A DNA stretch of 64,000 nt, from positions 203,039 through 267,038 of the forward strand of contig CBDCOJ010000031.1 of the NCBI GenBank assembly GCA_965219695.1, read 5' to 3'. The DNA is from Candidatus Poribacteria bacterium (lineage in GTDB: Bacteria; Poribacteria; WGA-4E; WGA-3G). The notes under the pieces were generated by a model. That model did no database searches. It saw only the letters and a list, made by a program, of their open reading frames with translations, and was not told where the DNA came from. Made by a program: the position numbers and the translations under genes. How positions within the stretch are numbered: the first letter of the stretch is position 1; the number at the start of each line of letters is the position of its first letter. Shown one piece after another: positions 59,063 to 64,000 of the stretch.

Positions 59063-59374
59063 TTAACTGAGGGAGTCATTTAATCTGGAGAGAATTTCCA
59101 GCATTTTGTCCAATTGCGGTGTGTGCTTGGAATTTAGGAGATAAGTGAGATCCTGCAGATTGAGATTCGTCCAGCTGAGAAGTCTTTCAATTCCACCTTG
59201 TGCTTCTGCTATATCTTTCATGGAGAGCAATAGCGTTTCAATGTTACTATCTTTATCAAAATCTTGGAGCGCTGCTTGCAGATAACCTTTTGCAAATTCA
59301 GGTTGAGCAAGGTCTTTAAGAAGATAGTCTTTAAAAGGGATTGTGTATTGCTGAAGCTTATTATCTATACTCAT
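59063..59374 (-). CDS. HTH addiction-module antidote-like protein (TIGR02684-type, HigA-like)
   Basis: FKDYLLKDLAQPEFAKGYLQAAL.D.D...I..LL.SMKDIAEAQG fits the 'probable addiction module antidote' pattern. 103 aa. Confidence 0.55.
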   Translation of the reverse strand: MSIDNKLQQYTIPFKDYLLKDLAQPEFAKGYLQAALQDFDKDSNIETLLLSMKDIAEAQGGIERLLSWTNLNLQDLTYLLNSKHTPQLDKMLEILSRLNDSLS

Positions 59375-59392
59375 TATGATTATTCCTTCACG

Positions 59393-59857
59393 CTAACTGG
59401 CTTGATTTTCATTGTGTTCCCTCTCATCACTCAGAATTCGCATGAAATGTTCTGGGGTAATGATTTGTATTTGCTGATAATTGCCTAAATCCAATAAGTC
59501 TCGGTCTCGACTGATTATATAATCGGCTGACGCTGCAACAGCACATGCAATAATCATGTCATCTTTTGGGTCGCGTTCTACCACACGAATTTCTGGCAGT
59601 TGTTCAACTACCGTGCAAATATTTCGCAGATGGTTAATAAAGATTTCCACTTGTTCTGAGGAGTATTTATAACGATTCCGTATGTGTGGTTTTTCTAAAA
59701 GTACGTGGCGAATTTCTTGTAAAATCTCTGCCGCCGTGTAAAGATTAACGTTTTCCTGACACTGAGACACTAAGTTTGCTGTCAATCCTTCGGTAAGAAA
59801 AGCACTCACAGCAACAACACTATCAAGTACGACGTGCAGTTTTCTTCTGTTTGTCAT
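59393..59857 (-). CDS. PIN-domain toxin (TIGR00305-type)
   Basis: KLHVVLDSVVAVSAFL...ERDPKDDMIIACAVAASADYIISRDRDLL matches the PIN acidic-residue pattern. The start is probably MTNRRK (59857), about 35 bp into the upstream antitoxin gene. Confidence 0.65.
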   Translation of the reverse strand: MTNRRKLHVVLDSVVAVSAFLTEGLTANLVSQCQENVNLYTAAEILQEIRHVLLEKPHIRNRYKYSSEQVEIFINHLRNICTVVEQLPEIRVVERDPKDDMIIACAVAASADYIISRDRDLLDLGNYQQIQIITPEHFMRILSDEREHNENQAS

Positions 59858-60125
59858 ATTCTTCCTGTCGAAGTTCAGCAACTGCACGTTCAACATCTTG
59901 ATAGACTTCTTCTTCTCTAATTCCTCTATTTTGTTCGTGGACACTTTTCATTACTTGCAAAAGTTTCGCCCAATTTTCCGGTGTCGTCGATTTTTTAGGT
60001 ATGATTACTACACAATTACCCTCAATCCGCGCATCTACGACATCGCCCTCCTTGAGCCCTAAACTATCTCGGATCTGTTTAGGAATAGTTATCTGTCCAC
60101 GTTCGCGAATCTTAGCAACTGCCAT
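59823..60125 (-). CDS. AbrB/MazE/SpoVT-family antitoxin-like DNA-binding protein
   Basis: MAVAKIRERGQITIPKQIRDSLGLKEGDVV is a swapped-hairpin beta-barrel. RBS AAAGGAG. It lies directly upstream of the PIN gene. Confidence 0.6.
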   Translation of the reverse strand: MAVAKIRERGQITIPKQIRDSLGLKEGDVVDARIEGNCVVIIPKKSTTPENWAKLLQVMKSVHEQNRGIREEEVYQDVERAVAELRQEEYDKQKKTARRT

Positions 60126-60181
60126 ATTTTTGCTCCTTTGTGTTAAGTAACCCTAACAAAACCCCATTGTCAATAGCACAA

Positions 60182-60210
60182 ATTGTATCATGCTTGCGTA
60201 AAAATAGCAA
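60182..60210 (-). promoter_or_regulatory. Sigma-70 promoter for the abrB-PIN operon (TTGCTA-N17-TACAAT on the minus strand)
   Basis: Reverse-complementing 60182-60210 gives TTGCTAtttttacgcaagcatgaTACAAT, about 55 nt upstream of the ATG. An ACAAATTGT palindrome is nearby. Confidence 0.5.
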
Positions 60211-60310
60211 TCAAAACGTTTGACGTAAAATATCAAATGTGTTAAACTATAGTTTACAATTACTTAATGGGTTTGCATCTGCAATAATTAAGCGAAAACA
60301 TGATTTAAAG

Positions 60311-60339
60311 TTGATATACCGATTAGAATGTGTTATAAT
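60311..60339 (+). promoter_or_regulatory. Sigma-70 promoter for the rpsF operon (TTGATA-N17-TATAAT); a second weaker one lies about 75 bp upstream (TTGACG-N17-TAAACT)
   Basis: -35 at 60311-60316 and -10 at 60334-60339. The upstream promoter lies at about 60236-60264. Confidence 0.55.
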
Positions 60340-60426
60340 TATGTCACTTGAATAAATTAGCAAAATTCTATCCGATAGATAGAATGATATACCTAATCTC
60401 TGCTCCCTGATTTACGCAGTGGAGCC

Positions 60427-60888
60427 GTGAGTCCAAAGAGAGGATATACATTGAAAGCGTACGAACTTATGCTTATCATTACCCCTGACCACGAGGAAAA
60501 TGAAGCGGAAGCACTCATTGCAAACGTCAAGGGTATTATTGAAAATGGTGGAAATATCATCCACACAGATGTTTGGGGAAAAAGACGACTCGCCTATCCG
60601 ATACGGAAGCGCAGCGAAGGTTATTATGTAGTTTATGTCTTTGAGAGTGAACCCAGTTTTGTTGCGCAGTTGAACCAATCACTCCGTGTTATTGAAGCAA
60701 TTTTACGACACATGATTGTGCTCTATGAAGACGATGTCGAAAAACTGAAATTAGCAGAAAAAGAGGCGGCAGCACCCGAAACATCGGAGGGCGACACTGC
60801 CGAAGATACAACTGAATCTGTAGAAGATTCAGCCGAATCACAGGCAGATACTGAAGAACCTGCAAAAGATAGTGAAGAAGTTGTTTAA
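60427..60888 (+). CDS. rpsF: 30S ribosomal protein S6 with an acidic C-terminal tail
   Basis: YELMLIITPDH...G..I......G.R.LAYPI.K...G.Y is the S6 fold. The start is either GTG 60427 or TTG about 60451. Confidence 0.8.
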   Translation: MSPKRGYTLKAYELMLIITPDHEENEAEALIANVKGIIENGGNIIHTDVWGKRRLAYPIRKRSEGYYVVYVFESEPSFVAQLNQSLRVIEAILRHMIVLYEDDVEKLKLAEKEAAAPETSEGDTAEDTTESVEDSAESQADTEEPAKDSEEVV

Positions 60889-60958
60889 ATAACATTATCT
60901 CAAATTGCGTACAAGATATTTTTCCTGTAACACGCACTGAAAAGAAAGGAGCATAATC

Positions 60959-61432
60959 ATGGCAAGTTATAATAAGGTTATTCTGATGGGCAACCTCACC
61001 CGTGATCCTGAAGTGAAGTACCTGCCAAGTGGAACCGCTGTCGCGAATTTTGGAATCGCCGTGAGTGAAAAATACACAGACCGACAGACAGGCGAGCAGA
61101 GAGAAAATGTCTGCTTTGTTGATGTAGAAGCTTGGGACAGACAAGCCGAACTTGTGAACGAGTATCTGAGTAAAGGCAGTCCTATTTTTATTGAAGGATC
61201 CCTCAAATTCGAATCTTGGGAAACCGAAGATGGAACAAAGCGTAACAAACTAAAAGTCAGACTTTTCAGGTTGCAATTTATCGGTGGCAGACGAGATGAA
61301 GATGGTGCAGGTGGTGGCTATGCGGATGCTACACCGTCAGGTGGTTCAACGTCGGGGCCTTCTGATCAGATGCCCGCACCATCAGCAGGTGAAAGTGAAA
61401 CATCATCTACTGAGGACGACATCCCGTTCTAA
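60959..61432 (+). CDS. ssb: Single-stranded DNA-binding protein
   Basis: An OB fold (NKVILMGNLTRDPEVKY...), a Gly-rich linker, and the acidic tail DDIPF. Confidence 0.85.
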   Translation: MASYNKVILMGNLTRDPEVKYLPSGTAVANFGIAVSEKYTDRQTGEQRENVCFVDVEAWDRQAELVNEYLSKGSPIFIEGSLKFESWETEDGTKRNKLKVRLFRLQFIGGRRDEDGAGGGYADATPSGGSTSGPSDQMPAPSAGESETSSTEDDIPF

Positions 61433-61584
61433 AGTAAGTTAACAGTCCAATTTTAGATTACACACAACAAAATTTCACTTTTATACCACACGACAAAATT
61501 TATTATAGATTATGGAGTGATACGGTATCATTACCTTTTTGCATCTGTCAGTACCAGTAATAACGTGAATCATAAAAATAATTA

Positions 61585-61676
61585 GACACTTTTATCTCGC
61601 GGTAGGCGGTGAATGCCTAAATGGCATTCATCCCGCAGTAGGCGAGGTTTCCTAACCTCGCTGGTGCAAAAGTGTC
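61585..61676 (+). ncRNA. Structured 92-nt element inside an unusually long ssb-rpsR spacer (nested palindromes); a candidate cis-regulatory RNA or small inserted palindromic element
   Basis: An outer 9-bp stem GACACTTTT/AAAAGTGTC. Inner hairpins GTGAATGCC-taaat-GGCATTCAT and GCGAGGTT-tcct-AACCTCGC. A direct repeat CGCGGTAGGCG / CGCAGTAGGCG flanks the first hairpin. Confidence 0.3.
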
Positions 61677-61748
61677 CAATTAATTCTAAAATCTACTATA
61701 AAGTAAGTGCTGGCGCGACAGTGTTCAGGTTAAGAGGAGTAAATTAAT

Positions 61749-61949
61749 ATGGCATATCGTCGAAGAGCCCGTTTTAGTAAACTGGAATCCGTAGACTATA
61801 AAGATGTAGATACGTTAAGAAAGTTTATAAACGAACGAGGAAAGATTGTGAGCCGCCGGGTCTCTGGACTTTCGGCAAAACAGCAGCGTATGGTAACCCG
61901 TGCAGTTAAACGGGCGCGAAATATGGCTTTATTGCCTTTTACGCGGTAA
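61749..61949 (+). CDS. rpsR: 30S ribosomal protein S18
   Basis: Y.DV..L..F..E.GKI...R..G.....QR.V..A.KRAR.MALLPF. Confidence 0.85.
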   Translation: MAYRRRARFSKLESVDYKDVDTLRKFINERGKIVSRRVSGLSAKQQRMVTRAVKRARNMALLPFTR

Positions 61950-62074
61950 ACATGGAGATATTATTACACTGTAGCATGAAATCGATATAGAATGCGCGCA
62001 TGGCATCCCCAGTCTCTGTACAGGGATGACTCATGAATTATCTCATTGATTTCAGAGCTGCAAGGATGGAAGAT

Positions 62075-62524
62075 ATGGAAGTTATACTTAAAAGAAGGAT
62101 TGATGGGCTCGGCGCACCGGGAGATGTCCTGAAAGTCGCAGACGGTTATGCCCGAAACTATTTGTTTCCGATGCAGTTTGCAGTGCACGCAACGGAACGA
62201 AATCGGCGACATCTTGAACATCAAATACGTGTAATTGAACAGCAAGAATCGAAAGATAAAGAACACGCGCAGGAAATTGCAGCGCAAATTGCGGATGTTA
62301 CATGTCATTTTACCAGACGAGCAGGCGAAAACGACCGTCTGTTCGGTTCTGTAACTACCGCAGATATCGTGGAATCAGTGCGGGCATCAGCTAATGTTGA
62401 ATTAGACCGGCGCGTCATAGAACTCGCTGAACCGATACGCGAACTCGGTGCTTTTACGGTCTCTGTAAAACTACACGCTGATGTAACAGCAGAAATACGT
62501 GTCGTTGTTGAAAGAGACGAATAG
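62075..62524 (+). CDS. rplI: 50S ribosomal protein L9
   Basis: MEVILKRRIDGLGAPGDVLKVADGYARNYLFP is the L9 N-domain. The start is probably at 62075 rather than 62033. Confidence 0.8.
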   Translation: MEVILKRRIDGLGAPGDVLKVADGYARNYLFPMQFAVHATERNRRHLEHQIRVIEQQESKDKEHAQEIAAQIADVTCHFTRRAGENDRLFGSVTTADIVESVRASANVELDRRVIELAEPIRELGAFTVSVKLHADVTAEIRVVVERDE

Positions 62525-62585
62525 GAAACTTTCCAACAAGTATAGAGGCAATATATACGATTGGCTCTATATGGGAGGAATACCG

Positions 62586-63917
62586 ATGCAAACAGTTGAC
62601 TCCCTCATGGATAAAGAGGCAGAACGCGCGGTACTTGGTTCAATGATGACCGAAAAGTCGGTTATTCCACGAGTAGAGGCGTTACTCGGGTCTACCTCAG
62701 ATGCGTTCTTTACGACTGACCATCAACTTATTTATATAGCGATTCTTTCTGTTTACAATCGTGATAACAATGTGGACCCGATTCTTGTGGCAAATGAACT
62801 GAATCGGACAGAGCAGTTGAACCGTGTTGGTGGATCAGATTATCTTTATGAACTGCAAGCCCCGATTGTTGAAACTGAAAGCACGGAGTTCTATGCCGAA
62901 ATCTTATTGGAGAAGGCAACACGACGTCGTTTAATTCAAACAGCTACTCAAATTCGAGAGCTCGCTCAAGATGAAAGCATAGAAATAAGTGAAGTCCTTG
63001 ATCAATCGCAGGAGTCTGTTTTTGAAATCGGGCAAACCGGAAGCAAACGCGGGTTTGAACATATTCGATCATTGCTAAAACAGGGCATTGAGATAATTGA
63101 AAAACTCTATCACAAGAAAGATCGGTTTTTAGGTATTCCTACAGGATTCATAGATTTTGACAACCTGACCTCCGGTTTGCAACCTGGGAATTTCCTTATC
63201 ATCGCAGCACGACCAGGGATGGGAAAAACCACCTTGGTGCTGAATATGGCACAAAACATTGCAATTGAACAAAAACGTCCAGTCGCGATCTTTAATTTTG
63301 AGCAGCCTGCACAAGATATTGCCCTGCGTATGCTCTCTGCTGAGGCGAAACTTAATTATCAACATTTACGCTTAGGCAAATTCAGTGAAGAATACTGGGC
63401 ACCTTTAGGACAGAGCATTGGTCGTCTTAGCGAAGCACCTATGCTGATCAATGATAATCGAGGCATGACTGTGCAAGGACTGCGTGCAGAAGCGAGACGT
63501 TTGAAAGGTGAACACGAAGATCTCGCTTTAATTATCGTTGATTATCTGCAGCTACTGCGAGGTACAGGACGCTATCATGCGCGTGAACAAGAGATTTCTG
63601 AGATATCACGGGCTTTAAAAATTCTTGCATGGGAATTGAACATTCCTGTCCTCGCTTGCGCGCAGCTAAGTAGAGAAGTTGAACGCCGTCCCGGCAAACT
63701 TCCACAACTTTCTGATTTGCGGGAATCCGGTGCTATAGAGCAAGATGCTGATTTGGTCGCTTTTATACACCGAGATGATTACTATGACGATCAAGATGAT
63801 TATACGGACGATAGGGTCGAGGCGACCCTGTTAATTAAAAAGCAGCGCAACGGACCTACTGGAAATATCGTTCTGCATTATTGCAAGACGCAGATGCGTT
63901 TTGAAAATCCGAGTTAA
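62586..63917 (+). CDS. dnaB: Replicative DNA helicase DnaB
   Basis: An N-terminal DnaB domain (ERAVLGSMM), Walker A ARPGMGKT, and H3/H4 motifs. RBS GGGAGGA before ATG 62586. Confidence 0.9.
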   Translation: MQTVDSLMDKEAERAVLGSMMTEKSVIPRVEALLGSTSDAFFTTDHQLIYIAILSVYNRDNNVDPILVANELNRTEQLNRVGGSDYLYELQAPIVETESTEFYAEILLEKATRRRLIQTATQIRELAQDESIEISEVLDQSQESVFEIGQTGSKRGFEHIRSLLKQGIEIIEKLYHKKDRFLGIPTGFIDFDNLTSGLQPGNFLIIAARPGMGKTTLVLNMAQNIAIEQKRPVAIFNFEQPAQDIALRMLSAEAKLNYQHLRLGKFSEEYWAPLGQSIGRLSEAPMLINDNRGMTVQGLRAEARRLKGEHEDLALIIVDYLQLLRGTGRYHAREQEISEISRALKILAWELNIPVLACAQLSREVERRPGKLPQLSDLRESGAIEQDADLVAFIHRDDYYDDQDDYTDDRVEATLLIKKQRNGPTGNIVLHYCKTQMRFENPS

Positions 63918-64000
63918 AAGAATTCTTTGTCTGGTACATTTTCTATGCGCAATCCGTCTTCTGAGTCAGCATCTTCGAATGGGTTGGCGTCTTTAATAAA

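Noticed and set aside
1-64000. tRNA or rRNA genes
   Set aside because: No T-loop or anticodon-arm cloverleaf candidates were found by eye (GTTCGAATC-like motifs occur only inside coding regions). A tRNAscan-SE run would settle it.

Overview
This is a 64-kb chromosomal window, about 45% GC, with Shine-Dalgarno-type ribosome-binding sites. No rRNA, tRNA or CRISPR array was found by eye. Conserved housekeeping genes are present: thrS, a NifS/IscS-type cysteine desulfurase, uvrC, trmB, a GlnD-like PII uridylyltransferase, hflK-hflC, and the cluster rpsF-ssb-rpsR-rplI-dnaB. The remainder is accessory-looking DNA. A single lipoprotein of about 1340 aa carries more than 25 BNR/Asp-box propeller repeats. 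A sigma-54 enhancer-binding protein sits upstream of periodic palindromic iterons and an orphan promoter plus terminator that could be an sRNA. There are two SPFH modules, one of them with SHOCT tails. A seven-gene island on one strand encodes three phytanoyl-CoA-dioxygenase-family enzymes, two Gfo/Idh/MocA oxidoreductases, a sulfatase-like hydrolase and a secreted 14-blade WD40 protein. Three tandem secreted paralogs share an unknown N-terminal domain but differ at the C-terminus: one has no targeting tail, one has a T9SS-like sorting domain, and one has a dockerin. There are three Uma2-family nuclease paralogs, MoxR next to Fic, and several toxin-antitoxin-like pairs (TPR-DUF433 with DUF5615, and AbrB-PIN-HTH). 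Adjacent IS5 and IS4 fragments are present. A family of short palindromic REP/MITE-like repeats occurs in intergenic regions. At least six genes are interrupted by one-base indels located in homopolymer runs, in both directions. I read this as a sequencing or assembly artefact (for example pyrosequencing or uncorrected long reads) rather than gene decay, but that cannot be proven from the sequence alone. The repeat-protein content and the mix of sulfatase, PhyH, Uma2 and T9SS-like domains suggest an uncultivated candidate-phylum or symbiont-type lineage; that is speculation.
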